DNA from: Nitrospirota bacterium
Lineage (GTDB): Bacteria > Nitrospirota > Nitrospiria > Nitrospirales > NS-4
DNA length: 64,000 nucleotides
Assembly: GCA_963788195.1 (NCBI GenBank)
Contig: CAWBGA010000001.1
Span: 352,001-416,000, forward strand
Direction: 5' to 3'
Below the pieces are notes generated by a model that saw only the letters and a list, made by a program, of their open reading frames with translations, searched no databases and was not told where the DNA came from. This document shows, piece after piece, positions 1-9,997 of the stretch. Both the position numbers and the translations under genes were made by a program. How positions within the stretch are numbered: the first letter of the stretch is position 1; every line of letters starts with the position of its first letter.

Positions 1-282
1 TAGGTTTGTTAAAGGTCAAGGAAAATCGTCACAACCCGCAGTTCGGCGATCCGCTGCTGCTCGGCACGATCCGCCCGCTCGACGAAATCTTGGAAATTTT
101 CTCGCGCTAGCTCGTCGGATAAGCCCGTGCCGATAGCGCCTGGGGGTGTGTGAAGAAGTAAGTTTACCTGAGCTATTTTTCGGCGTATAACATGCTTAGG
201 TTAAAACGCTACTTTCTAATCTTCAGGCGGCCTCGTTAGCGCCGAGTGGGGGTGGGGAGAAGCTCTCGCGAGGAGGCAAGCC

Positions 283-699
283 ATGCACGGTACAGTGATG
301 CTTCTGATTCTCCTGATCGGCATTTCCATTGGGGTTGGCGGCGTGATCTATGGGCCGGACTTGGCTTCGCCATACCTGCCCGACGCATTTCGCCTGAAGA
401 AAACTGAGACCGTCGCAGGTGAGGTCGTGCAGAAAGTGCGCGAGAGTGATCGTCTTCTTTTGACGGTGCAAACTTCCCGGGGAACAGTGCTTGCCACGTT
501 CAAGAAAAAAGTCGCGGAGATCGACCTTCTTGTCGAACAGGGGGATGCTGTGACGCTGTCGCTGAGCCGATACGCACCCTTTGTGGAAGACCCGGCCATC
601 GAACGGGTAAGAAAACAGGACGTGACCCTTCAGCCGAAGACCGGGACGCTGGTGGTGCCTGCCGGGCCCGAGCCAATTGCGGTCGCACCCGCACATTAA
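283..699 (+). CDS. hypothetical membrane-anchored protein
   Basis: 138 aa ORF, GGAGG RBS upstream, N-terminal hydrophobic helix. Confidence 0.7.
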   Translation: MHGTVMLLILLIGISIGVGGVIYGPDLASPYLPDAFRLKKTETVAGEVVQKVRESDRLLLTVQTSRGTVLATFKKKVAEIDLLVEQGDAVTLSLSRYAPFVEDPAIERVRKQDVTLQPKTGTLVVPAGPEPIAVAPAH

Positions 700-714
700 A
701 GCTTATTTGCTTTC

Positions 715-1155
715 CTAGGCTTCCGCCTCCGCGTCTCCGACCTGAGACAAGTGCTGCTCTCCGAAGATGGCGGTCTCGTACTTATAATGTTTGAATTCAA
801 GGAGGTTGTGAAAGGGATCTTCCAGGAAAAATGTGGCGTGCTCGAGCCGCGTGCCCGGGTAGCGGTGACGGGGCTTTTGGTAAAACGGGAGTGATCGCTC
901 GCGTGCAAGGTCCACCATGGCCTGCCAATCTTCTGCAGATGTGAAGACAAGTCCAAAGTGGCGCGGATAGATGCTCTTGGGAAGTTCCCCTTGCGTCTTC
1001 ACGAGATGGCCGACCAGTTGGTTGCCTTTGAGATTCAGGGTGATCGCGGAATCGGACATGCGGCCGAGCCCACAACCTAAGCCGTCCACGTAGAACCGTT
1101 TCGCTTCTTTCAAATCGGTGACAGGGAAGGCCAGATGAAAGAGGATTTGTCCCAC
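715..1155 (-). CDS. VOC/glyoxalase-family protein
   Basis: FHLAFPV...AKRFY, RHFGLV and FLEDPFHNLLEFK motifs typical of VOC fold proteins. Confidence 0.85.
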   Translation of the reverse strand: MGQILFHLAFPVTDLKEAKRFYVDGLGCGLGRMSDSAITLNLKGNQLVGHLVKTQGELPKSIYPRHFGLVFTSAEDWQAMVDLARERSLPFYQKPRHRYPGTRLEHATFFLEDPFHNLLEFKHYKYETAIFGEQHLSQVGDAEAEA

Positions 1156-1164
1156 GAAAAGAAG

Positions 1165-1755
1165 TTAACCGAAGAGGTTCATTTGCTCGACCGTCGCGGC
1201 CGGTTCCTGGCGGCGTTCGAGAAATGCTTTGAGTTTTCTAAAGTCCTCGCGCAGGGGTTCATTGAGGTTCCCTTGGTGCAAGGCGGCCGCAGGATGGAGC
1301 ATAGGAAACACAAAAAACTCCTGTACCTGAAATATCTGCCCGCGCATCTTCATGATGCCCACCTTCTTGCCCAGTAGAGTCTGCATCGCAAAGTTGCCGA
1401 GGGTGCAAACCACGCGCGGCTTGATCATTGCGATTTGTTGAAACAAAAACGGCTTGCAGGTCTCAACCTCATCCGGAAGGGGGTCGCGGTTGTCAGGCGG
1501 GCGACACTTGATGACATTCGCGATATAGATGTCAGAGCGCGATAGGCCGACGGCTTCGAGTAGCTCGTTCAGCAAGCGCCCGGCCGCTCCTACAAAAGGC
1601 TCGCCTTGCCGATCCTCATAGAATCCTGGAGCTTCTCCGACGAACATGATAGTGGCGTGAGGATTCCCCACGCCGAAAACCACTTGAGTCCGTCCCGACG
1701 CCAAGCGGCATCGCCGGCAATCTTTCAGATCGAGAGCGAGATCCTGAAGAGTCAC
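1165..1755 (-). CDS. udg: uracil-DNA glycosylase family 4
   Basis: CxxC, GEAPG, GEPFVGAAG, KCRPPDNRDP and HPAA motifs. Confidence 0.95.
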   Translation of the reverse strand: MTLQDLALDLKDCRRCRLASGRTQVVFGVGNPHATIMFVGEAPGFYEDRQGEPFVGAAGRLLNELLEAVGLSRSDIYIANVIKCRPPDNRDPLPDEVETCKPFLFQQIAMIKPRVVCTLGNFAMQTLLGKKVGIMKMRGQIFQVQEFFVFPMLHPAAALHQGNLNEPLREDFRKLKAFLERRQEPAATVEQMNLFG

Positions 1756-1816
1756 TCAGCGTAGTCTCATGGGCAAGCAGGCCCATCATAGTTTTGGGGT
1801 GTCTCGAAGTCAACCC

Positions 1817-1933
1817 AGGGGCAAAGGAGTTTGTTCGGGGTACCCCTTGCCTTCCATTGCAAGGGGTCGAAAAGACTCCAGGGCGGGCGGGGCAAAGGGG
1901 CAAAGGAGTTGTCAGGATGTCTGAGGGCGGGTC
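1817..1933 (+). repeat. cluster A of dispersed hairpin/G-tract repeat
   Basis: GGGGCAAAGGAGTT...ACCCCTTGC(1842-1850)/GCAAGGGGT(1859-1867)...GACTCCAGGGCGGGCGGGG; homologous to the units at 44223-44405. Confidence 0.8.
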
Positions 1934-2309
1934 ATTGGGGCGGCACAGATGGAACTTGATCATTCGGTGGCACCTGGCAAGGATCTTGAATTTTTGGTTC
2001 GCCTTTTTCTGCCGGTTTGTCTGAAGGGGATGGAGGGCACATGTTCAGGGCAGGTTTCGGCTCTATCTTAGGCGCAGGCGGTAACTGGAGCGGCAACGGG
2101 TTCGACGGTAAGGGTGGCTGAGGAACTGGGAGTGAATCTCCAGGTGGTACCGGCAATGGGGGCGACGGCGTTGATGGGGGCGACGGCGTTGATGGGGACG
2201 GCACTGCGGCCGGGGGTGGTGTAGAGATTGTGGGCTCGCAGAGAGCTGTGCGTGACAGCATGAAAGTAATCGCGCAAGCCAGACTTATAGCGAGAATCCA
2301 GGGTCTCAT
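1932..2309 (-). CDS. proline-rich secreted hypothetical protein
   Basis: signal-peptide-like N-terminus, Pro-rich body, start overlaps the stop of the upstream MFS gene. Confidence 0.65.
   Translation of the reverse strand: MRPWILAISLACAITFMLSRTALCEPTISTPPPAAVPSPSTPSPPSTPSPPLPVPPGDSLPVPQPPLPSNPLPLQLPPAPKIEPKPALNMCPPSPSDKPAEKGEPKIQDPCQVPPNDQVPSVPPQ
2156..2202. repeat. 18-bp tandem repeat (2 copies plus partial)
   Basis: ATGGGGGCGACGGCGTTG at 2156-2173 and 2174-2191; encodes PSTPSP repeats on the minus strand. Confidence 0.85.
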
Positions 2310-3607
2310 GGAATTCTACCCCACGCCGGTGAGGAACCGACTTTTCGGCTGATCATCCCCGCCATCCCAGCAGTCATGAACAGCAACAGTCCCATGCCCA
2401 GCAAGCCCGGTTTTTCCCCGATTGTCTGTATCACCCATCCAAAAAGCACCATCCCAGCCATAGCCGCCGCCATTGCGCCAGCGCCATAAAGCGTCAATAG
2501 ACGGCCGACCATTCGCTGCGGGGCAATCTCTTGGAGTACACCCCATGCTACCGGCGTGAAAAGCCCGATTCCGGCGCCGATCACGCATAGCAGGATGCCC
2601 GCGATTACTTTATTGAAGGTCCAAATCAGAGCGTATAGGGAAAGACCCGTGATAACACTGGAGATCGCGATCGCTTGCATCCGTCTTTGCAGCTTCCATT
2701 CGCTCAGACGAAAAAGTGCAAGCGAGACCGCGAAGAGGCCGATGCCCAGGCTCGACCATAAGTAGCCGACTTCCGCAGGTCCTAGTCCGAGCATCTTTTG
2801 TCCCAAAATCGGAAACAAGGTTGAGAATGCACTCATACCAAAACTGTACAGTGCGGCGGTGATAATGAGCTGAAGGATCAGATGCTGCTTCAGGAAAGCG
2901 TACTGAAATCCTTCGATCAAATCGTGGATCGTAGAATCGAATTTCCCGCGTTCGCCGCTCGGAGCCTGAGAGACGTGCCGAATGCGCACGAACAGAAGAC
3001 AGCCTGCAGAGACCATATAGGTCACGGCATTGACACACAGCACCTTTTGCGAACTTAAGGCGGCGATACCGATGCCACTTAGTGCCGATCCCACAATAAC
3101 CCCCACACTAGACGTCACCTGCAAAAGAGCGTTAGCAGCGGTAAATTGAGACCGGTTCACGATAAACGGCACCGAGGCAATCAGCGCCGGACCAAATACG
3201 GTCGACGCGATCGAATTTAAAAACACCAGCACAAAAAGAAATTCCACCGTCAGAGTATCCACCGGGATGATGCAGGGAGCCAGCCCAATAATCACGGCAC
3301 GAAGAATATCGCTTGCGATCATGATGGTCTTTTTCGAGAGACGGTCGAGATAGACGCCAATCAAAGGACCAAAGATGATCGGTGGCAGGGTCTGAAGCAT
3401 ACCCATGAGGGTAGTTTGCACGGCCGAACCGGTAATAGTGTATACGAACCATAAGAGAGCCAGCCTCGTAATGCCGTCCCCTACTTGGGAAACGAGCTGT
3501 CCCCACCAGAGCCACCCAAAGTCTCGCGTCATCAGCAGATGGTGGCTTTTTTCGATGTCAAGGCCTGTCGCTTCGAGCGACTGCAGCTCCATGGGACTGT
3601 TAGACAT
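2306..3607 (-). CDS. MFS transporter (DHA3/macrolide-efflux-like)
   Basis: RDFGWLWWGQLVSQVGD, GVYLDRLSKK motif A, many hydrophobic segments. Confidence 0.9.
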   Translation of the reverse strand: MSNSPMELQSLEATGLDIEKSHHLLMTRDFGWLWWGQLVSQVGDGITRLALLWFVYTITGSAVQTTLMGMLQTLPPIIFGPLIGVYLDRLSKKTIMIASDILRAVIIGLAPCIIPVDTLTVEFLFVLVFLNSIASTVFGPALIASVPFIVNRSQFTAANALLQVTSSVGVIVGSALSGIGIAALSSQKVLCVNAVTYMVSAGCLLFVRIRHVSQAPSGERGKFDSTIHDLIEGFQYAFLKQHLILQLIITAALYSFGMSAFSTLFPILGQKMLGLGPAEVGYLWSSLGIGLFAVSLALFRLSEWKLQRRMQAIAISSVITGLSLYALIWTFNKVIAGILLCVIGAGIGLFTPVAWGVLQEIAPQRMVGRLLTLYGAGAMAAAMAGMVLFGWVIQTIGEKPGLLGMGLLLFMTAGMAGMISRKVGSSPAWGRIP

Positions 3608-3652
3608 TGGAGGGCTTCCCGCGCTGGAGGGGCGTCTGTGATTCCAACAGCA

Positions 3653-4945
3653 CTACGATGCAGGGATGGCCACAGGAATTCCCTGGGGAAGACGACTGAA
3701 ATGGGCCGCGACACAGGCCGTCCCGAGCAACAGAAGGCCTATGCCGAAGAGGGTCACGCCGGAGCCTAGCTGATCCGCTGACCACCCAAAACCCAACATC
3801 CCGGCCATTGCCGCAGACATTCCGCCGGCACTGAAGGTGGTAAATACGCGAGAAAGCATGTGGTGTGGTGTCATTTCTTGAAGGACTGACCAGATGACAG
3901 GGGTGACGAGAGCAATACAGCCACCGATAATAATTACGAAAGGGACTGCGAGAATCGCATTCCCAAACAATTTTAGGCCCCAGACAGCGAGGGCGCCCAC
4001 CGCCAGAGAGCCGGAAATCATTCGAAACTTGTATCCCAGATCCCCTTGCTTCAGATAGACCAGCCACGCCGATGTTGCTAGCATGCCGACCCCCAGAAAA
4101 GACCACAGCCATCCCAGTTCGAGTGGTCCTACATTCAGCACCTGCTGGGCGAGCACAGGCAGCAAGAACAAGAATCCGCTCCAGGCTAGATTAAACAAGG
4201 CCAGGGTGATCATCAGGAAAAGGATCGTTCGCTCCTGGCAAAACACGAAGCGAAACCCCGCCACCATGTCCGAAATCACGCTTCGGGAACGCCCACTGTC
4301 CATGGCCTGGAATGCTATTGATGGGATCCGCACCGGTAAAAGGCAAAGAGCCGAAATGAAGTAGGTTATCGCGTTAATGAACAGGACATTTCGCTCGCCG
4401 ATAAAGGCGATACCCAAGCCGCCCAGCGCAGGTCCGACGAGGACGGCGATATTAACCCCGCTCTGTATGAGTGCATTGCCGGCCATGAGCTGATGACGGG
4501 GAACAATGAGCGGGACGGAAGACGATAGTGCAGGCCCAAAGGCGGTTGACGCAATAGCGGTCAGTAAAACCAAGACATAAATCTTATTGAGGGTTAACAT
4601 GTCGAGAGCGTGCAGCACGGGAATGAGTAAAACGAGAACGGTCCGGACCAGATCAATCCAGATCATTAGCCATTTTTTAGGCACCCGATCAACATAGACA
4701 CCGATCAGAGGGCTCAAAAGAAGCGCGGGTAATGTCTGTAGCAGTCCGATGACCGTCATCTTCAGGGCCGACCCTGTGAGCTCGTACACAAACCACAGGA
4801 GTGCAACCTTATTTAAACCGTCCCCTATTTGTGAAACGAGCTGGCCCGACCAAAGCAGACTGAAGTCCCTGGTCTTTAGCAGTTGAAGTCCTCGGAGCTT
4901 TGAATTTTCCGGAAAGGTCGCCGACGAATTTGTCTCATCCGACAT
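3653..4945 (-). CDS. MFS transporter, paralog of the adjacent one
   Basis: RDFSLLWSGQLVSQIGD, GVYVDRVPKK; ATG at 4945 chosen as start. Confidence 0.9.
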   Translation of the reverse strand: MSDETNSSATFPENSKLRGLQLLKTRDFSLLWSGQLVSQIGDGLNKVALLWFVYELTGSALKMTVIGLLQTLPALLLSPLIGVYVDRVPKKWLMIWIDLVRTVLVLLIPVLHALDMLTLNKIYVLVLLTAIASTAFGPALSSSVPLIVPRHQLMAGNALIQSGVNIAVLVGPALGGLGIAFIGERNVLFINAITYFISALCLLPVRIPSIAFQAMDSGRSRSVISDMVAGFRFVFCQERTILFLMITLALFNLAWSGFLFLLPVLAQQVLNVGPLELGWLWSFLGVGMLATSAWLVYLKQGDLGYKFRMISGSLAVGALAVWGLKLFGNAILAVPFVIIIGGCIALVTPVIWSVLQEMTPHHMLSRVFTTFSAGGMSAAMAGMLGFGWSADQLGSGVTLFGIGLLLLGTACVAAHFSRLPQGIPVAIPAS

Positions 4946-5093
4946 TTGGCACTCTCTTATTTTCGAGCATGGCCGCAATCATTGTTACCAGCGATATAAC
5001 TGATTCGCCTTGACCTTGCCTATCGACAAAAAAAGCTCTTGAGCTTGAAATACGTCAAAGGTAAAAAAAGGCATTGAGTTGGAGTATCAAGAC

Positions 5094-5110
5094 TGCAGAG
5101 CTCATGCCAA
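5094..5110 (-). promoter_or_regulatory. putative sigma54 (-24/-12) promoter for the MFS pair
   Basis: minus strand TTGGCATGAGCTCTGCA, GG-N10-GC spacing. Confidence 0.4.
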
Positions 5111-5448
5111 AGTATAAGCGCTTGACATTTTAGCGAAGTCCCGCTCTTCCACCACTCAGGAAGCTACTCCGGTGCCGGACCTCAGGTCTCGCCGCCCCAT
5201 AAGGGGCACGGATATACTATCGTCAACTACATTCATCGCGGTAACGCACGACAAATGGCCTGCTGTGATCTTTGTTTATAGTGAGCCAGATGGTTTAGGC
5301 GCGCTCGGCGCCCTTAAAAAATTCCCATTGGCACCGGCTAAAAGACCTGCCGGTTTTGATTTCCTTGCGGGCCGTTTCATGTAAAGCTTTTTTTGCAACG
5401 TACCGAAATACGTCGCTCCGAAGGGATGCTACGATGGCTAGCGGATCA

Positions 5449-7627
5449 TCAGTTAGAGCTAATGATCTGAAGGTCACCGTCCTTCCGTAACACTTTAATC
5501 GTGACATTTTGCGCATGGGGCTCGAATAAGAGATCCACAGAAGCAGAGCCGACCGTGAGGTTGGCTATCCGGAGTTCTTTCAAGAAATCAGGCAAGACAG
5601 GATTTACAAAGTGAAGTTGCTGTTGTTCTGCATCAATGTCCATGCCCAGGCTTGCTTGCAACAGCAAAAAGACGACAGCCGACGCCCAGGCTTGAGGCGC
5701 GCAGGCCACTGGGTACAAAGTTGGTCCCTCGCCTTGACGCCGCGGAAAACCGCAAAAAAGCTCAGGAAGGCGATGTAGATCCACGCAACAACTTGCATCA
5801 AACATCGCGGTCAACACTTTGAGCGCTGCGGTTTGACGACCATAGCGGCTGAAACCATAGGCGAGCAAGGCATTATCGTGTGGCCAAATCGAACCGTTAT
5901 GATAGGACATCGGATTATAACGGGATTCTGCCTCGGCAACAGTGCGGATGCCCCATCCTGAAAAAAACGCATCTCCTACCAAACCGTCCGTGATCCTATG
6001 GGCGTGCTCGTCAGCCGCAATATTTGTAAACAAACACTGACCCGCGTTGGACGTTCGCACTCGACATGGCTGCTTTTTGCCGTCCAGCGCCAACACATAC
6101 GTTGACAACTCTTCACACCAAAACGCGTCTTGAAATCGTGCCTTCAAGACCTCAGCCGCCCGTAAAAGGTCTGCAGACTTTTCATGCTGACCCAGGGTGG
6201 CAGCGAGATGACCTGCGGCGCATTTTGCCGCATATACATATCCTTGCACTTCACAGAGAGCGATCGGGGCATCAGCTAACGTCCCATCCGCATGGAAGAC
6301 AGCATCCTGCGAATCTTTCCATCCCTGGTGCACCAGTCCCTTGTGGGCTTTGCGTTGGTACTCCACAAACCCGTCGCCATCGATGTCCCCGTACGTATCG
6401 ATCCAATCTAGCGCCGCTTCGATATGCGGCCATAGCGTTTCGATGAATTTCCGATCGGCGGTTCGCCGAAAATACATCCCGGCAAGCAGGACGAACAGCG
6501 GGGTTGAATCGATGCTGCCATAGTAACGACCGAAGGGAATTTCTCCAAGGTGAGCCATCTCACCCTCGCGCGTTTCATGCAAAATCTTGCCTGGCTCCGC
6601 ATCCTGCTCGGGAATGACCGCCTTTGCCTGCATGGCGGCGAGGAACGTCAGAACACCCTTTGCAATTTCCGGCTTCATCCAGAGCATTTCCAAGGCGGTG
6701 ATCACGCCATCCCGCCCAAAAGCCGTGCTGAACCATGGTATTCCAGCGTAGGGATATGGCCCTTCAACCTTCTCGGTCATCATCATATGAAGATCCAGAG
6801 TCGAACGCCTCAGCCATTCATTAAACCATTCATGTGACGTTTCAATGTAGCAGGTCTGAGCGGTGGCATCGTTGACCGATTTGCCTGCTGCTGAGAACGC
6901 CTGATCACACGTTAATCGCAGCGGCTTCTTCGTCCCAGATTCGCAGGATACTGTCAGATAGATAGCGGCAGGGGAGTGCGCGTGCAGCAAGCCTTCAAAC
7001 TGCACCGCAGAGTCGGAAATAACTGATGCTTGTAAATCTGGCGTGGTGCTGTAATCTACGTTTGTGCGTCTGACGATATCATCCAGGCCTTGATAAGCCA
7101 TCACGATGCTTCCGGTCTTAGCGACATTCGGTTCCCTGCGGCCTTTTTGCTTTCGTGTCATTCCTCGCACTTCAAAAATATCTGCGAAGTCCGCGTCAAT
7201 GTGGTACGCCAAAGCAACTTTTACAGCCTCAAGACCATAGTTCTGTATCCGTACACACTCATAACACGCGCCGTTCCACAGAAGCTTCGTGCGAAACAGA
7301 TGAAGTGTTCCACGCGGCATGACCACTTGTCCGTCTCTCGAAACGTCCTGATTCGTGAGGTTTACTGCGATAAGGGCGTTGTCTTCTCTCACCGTGGAGC
7401 TCAGCAGAAAGGGGCGGTCCTGCCCCAGCTTTAGGACCAGCTGCGAGAGGAATCGCGTCCCTTCGTAGTACAAGCCTTGCACGCCAGATCCAAAAGAGGA
7501 AATGTCCCCGTACCGATCAAACACGCCGAACAATTCATCATGCTTAAGCACGAGCGTGCGTTGATCCGTTAGACTTGAAGAGGCAAGGATATAAAACTGA
7601 TCTTTGACGCGGATAACATTTCTCCAA
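5449..7627 (-). CDS. glycogen debranching enzyme / amylo-alpha-1,6-glucosidase
   Basis: AGIPWFSTAFGRD, GWKDS, YHNGSIWPHDN, LPELFCG, ACAPQAWAS; likely true start TTG 7627 behind GGAGG, with one extra A near 7620. Confidence 0.9.
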
Positions 7628-7646
7628 GAAATACCTCCAAAGCGCC

Positions 7647-8675
7647 TTATCGCATCGCTATTAAGCGATTATAAATGTCGACATAATCCTTTGCCATTCG
7701 AGAAGCGCTGAACCGCTCCTCAAATTTGCGTCGGCATTCCAGGCGGCTGAGAGAAGACACTTGGTCCCCAACCTTCACCGCCTCATCGCTGTCTTTGACG
7801 ATAAATCCCGTTACCCCATTGTCGAGGACTTCCGGGACCGAACCGTAAGGAAAAGCGATAACCGGTGTCCCGGTCGCCATCGCTTCGATCATCACAAGAC
7901 CAAAGGGCTCCTGCCAATCGATGGGAAACAGCAACGCATAGGCATGGCCGAGAAAGTCATCTTTTTCTACTTCCGTAATTTCTCCTATATACTCCACCAT
8001 AGAATCATTCAAAAGGGGCTTAATAATGGCTTGAAAGTACTCCCGGTCCACGGGATCGACCTTTGCGGCGATCTTGAGCTCCATGCCGAGGCGCTTCGCG
8101 ATCTCGATGGCGCGATCCACGCGCTTTTCGGGGGAGATGCGCCCAAGAAACGCTAAATATTTCCCCGGAGCTTCATGAAACCTGTACAGGGATTGAGGCA
8201 AGCCGTGATACACCGTCCCTTGCCAATTGATCCACTCCAGTGGTTTTCGCTGAGAATTTGAAATAGAAACGACCGGCATAGTAGGGAACCGTTGATATAG
8301 AGGAATGAGATCTGGAATATCCAGTCTCCCGTGTAAAGTAGTGACTTGATGGAGATTGTGACGTGACGACAACGGAAAGTGCAGATAATCAATGTGAAAG
8401 TGAACAATATCGAACCGATTCGCTTGTTGGAACACCTCCTCGAGCATCACAACATGATGTGCCAGGCTGTCAATGCACTGTTTGTTCAATCGTATTGATT
8501 CCGGGCAGCCAGCGACAAGGTGCGCAGCCGTAACCGAATCACCGCTCGCGAAAAGCGTCACCTCATGACCTTGTTGGACAAGCTCTTCAGTGAGATAGGA
8601 GACAATCCGCTCGGTTCCACCATAGAGTTTCGGGGGAACACTCTCATAGAGCGGGCCGACTTGGGCGATTCTCAT
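7647..8675 (-). CDS. glycosyltransferase family 4
   Basis: VPPKLYGGTER, FLGRISPEK, EPFGLVMIEAMATGTPV. Confidence 0.95.
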   Translation of the reverse strand: MRIAQVGPLYESVPPKLYGGTERIVSYLTEELVQQGHEVTLFASGDSVTAAHLVAGCPESIRLNKQCIDSLAHHVVMLEEVFQQANRFDIVHFHIDYLHFPLSSRHNLHQVTTLHGRLDIPDLIPLYQRFPTMPVVSISNSQRKPLEWINWQGTVYHGLPQSLYRFHEAPGKYLAFLGRISPEKRVDRAIEIAKRLGMELKIAAKVDPVDREYFQAIIKPLLNDSMVEYIGEITEVEKDDFLGHAYALLFPIDWQEPFGLVMIEAMATGTPVIAFPYGSVPEVLDNGVTGFIVKDSDEAVKVGDQVSSLSRLECRRKFEERFSASRMAKDYVDIYNRLIAMR

Positions 8676-8848
8676 GAGGATAGTTCTATATCGTCATAAA
8701 TGGCAGTCATGATTGATTCCTTCCTGTGAAGTTTTGTCGCTCAAAATATGGCCGCGACTGATGTCACGCAATAGACAAAACGGACGGTCGACCTGACCAA
8801 TTGTCGAGAGTGGCATGCGGGGCGACGGGAACAGGACGCCTCCCCCAA

Positions 8849-8921
8849 GGGGAAAAGAGCCTGCTTCAGGCTCTGGGCAACGGGAAAAGGCGCGCTTGGC
8901 CGCGCCGGGGCGGGCGGGTGC
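8849..8921 (+). repeat. cluster B of dispersed hairpin/G-tract repeat
   Basis: GGGGAAA-AGAGCCTG-CTT-CAGGCTCT and GGGAAAA-GGCGCG-CTTGGC-CGCGCC-GGGGCGGGCGGGTGC. Confidence 0.75.
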
Positions 8922-8927
8922 CTTTCA

Positions 8928-9005
8928 AAATGGGGTCAGAGTCGAATTTCCAGATTTTCCCTGCGAGGAGCCCCTGGTGTGTGAAATTCGACTCTGACCC
9001 CATTT
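8928..9005. repeat. perfect 23-bp inverted repeat (REP/MITE-like)
   Basis: AAATGGGGTCAGAGTCGAATTTC (8928-8950) and its exact reverse complement (8983-9005), 32-nt spacer. Confidence 0.9.
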
Positions 9006-9047
9006 ATTCACCTAGGTAAAATAGACTGACTCTGCTAGTCTTTGAGC

Positions 9048-9989
9048 GTGGATACAGCCCCCAAAATCCAGGCGTTGCAGAGCAACATCGAACGCGTCAT
9101 CAAAGGGAAGACGCAAACGATTGAGCTGGCAGTGCTGGCCTTGCTGGCTCGTGGCCATCTGCTGATTGAGGATGTACCCGGCGTCGGCAAGACTACGCTC
9201 GCGCAGAGTCTTGCGCACTCCCTGGGGTGTAGTTTCAAACGTATCCAGTTCACCAGTGACCTCCTGCCGTCGGATATCGTCGGCGTGTCGATCTATAATC
9301 CACAGCGGCAGGATTTTGAATTCAAGCCGGTCCCCTTTTCGCGCATATCGTGTTGGCTGACGAGATCAACCGCACGACCCCCAAGACACAAAGCAGCCTT
9401 CTTGAGGCGATGAACGATGCGCAAGTATCGGTGGATAACCGGACACATCTCCTACCTCAGCCTTTCATGGTGATCGCGACACAAAATCCATGGGAATACC
9501 ACGGCACCTTTCCTCTGCCGGAGTCGCAACTGGATCGGTTTTTGATGCGCATTCGCATCGGCTATCCGGATTCGATCGATGAGAAGAAGATTCTGGAGCG
9601 GCCGCAACAGCTGCGTCCGGCGGACGAATTGGAGCCTGTTCTCACTGTGCAAGAGGTTCTGGATCTTCAAGAAAGGGTCGAAAAGATAAGGGTTGAGGAT
9701 AGCCTCATGGATTATCTGTTGGCCATTGTATTGGCCACCCGCCGATGCGACGCTCTTGCTTTGGGAGTCAGCACACGTGGGGCCATGGCGCTCCATAAGG
9801 CGTCCAAAGCATTGGCCCTCGTCAGGCAGCGCGACTACTGTCTCCCGGATGACATCAAAGAGCTTGCTCCGCTCGTCCTGTCCCATCGGGTCCGGCTCGA
9901 GGCAAAACACGGCCTGCAGTCGCATCGGTCCGAAGATATGGAGCGGCTGATTCAGGACATCGTGGAATCTGTTCCCGTCCCGCTTATAG
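9048..9989 (+). CDS. moxR: MoxR-family AAA ATPase (frameshifted in this sequence)
   Basis: [45 protein letters not shown]; frame break near 9330, probable true stop near 9989. Confidence 0.85.
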
Positions 9990-9997
9990 GCCGCCAC

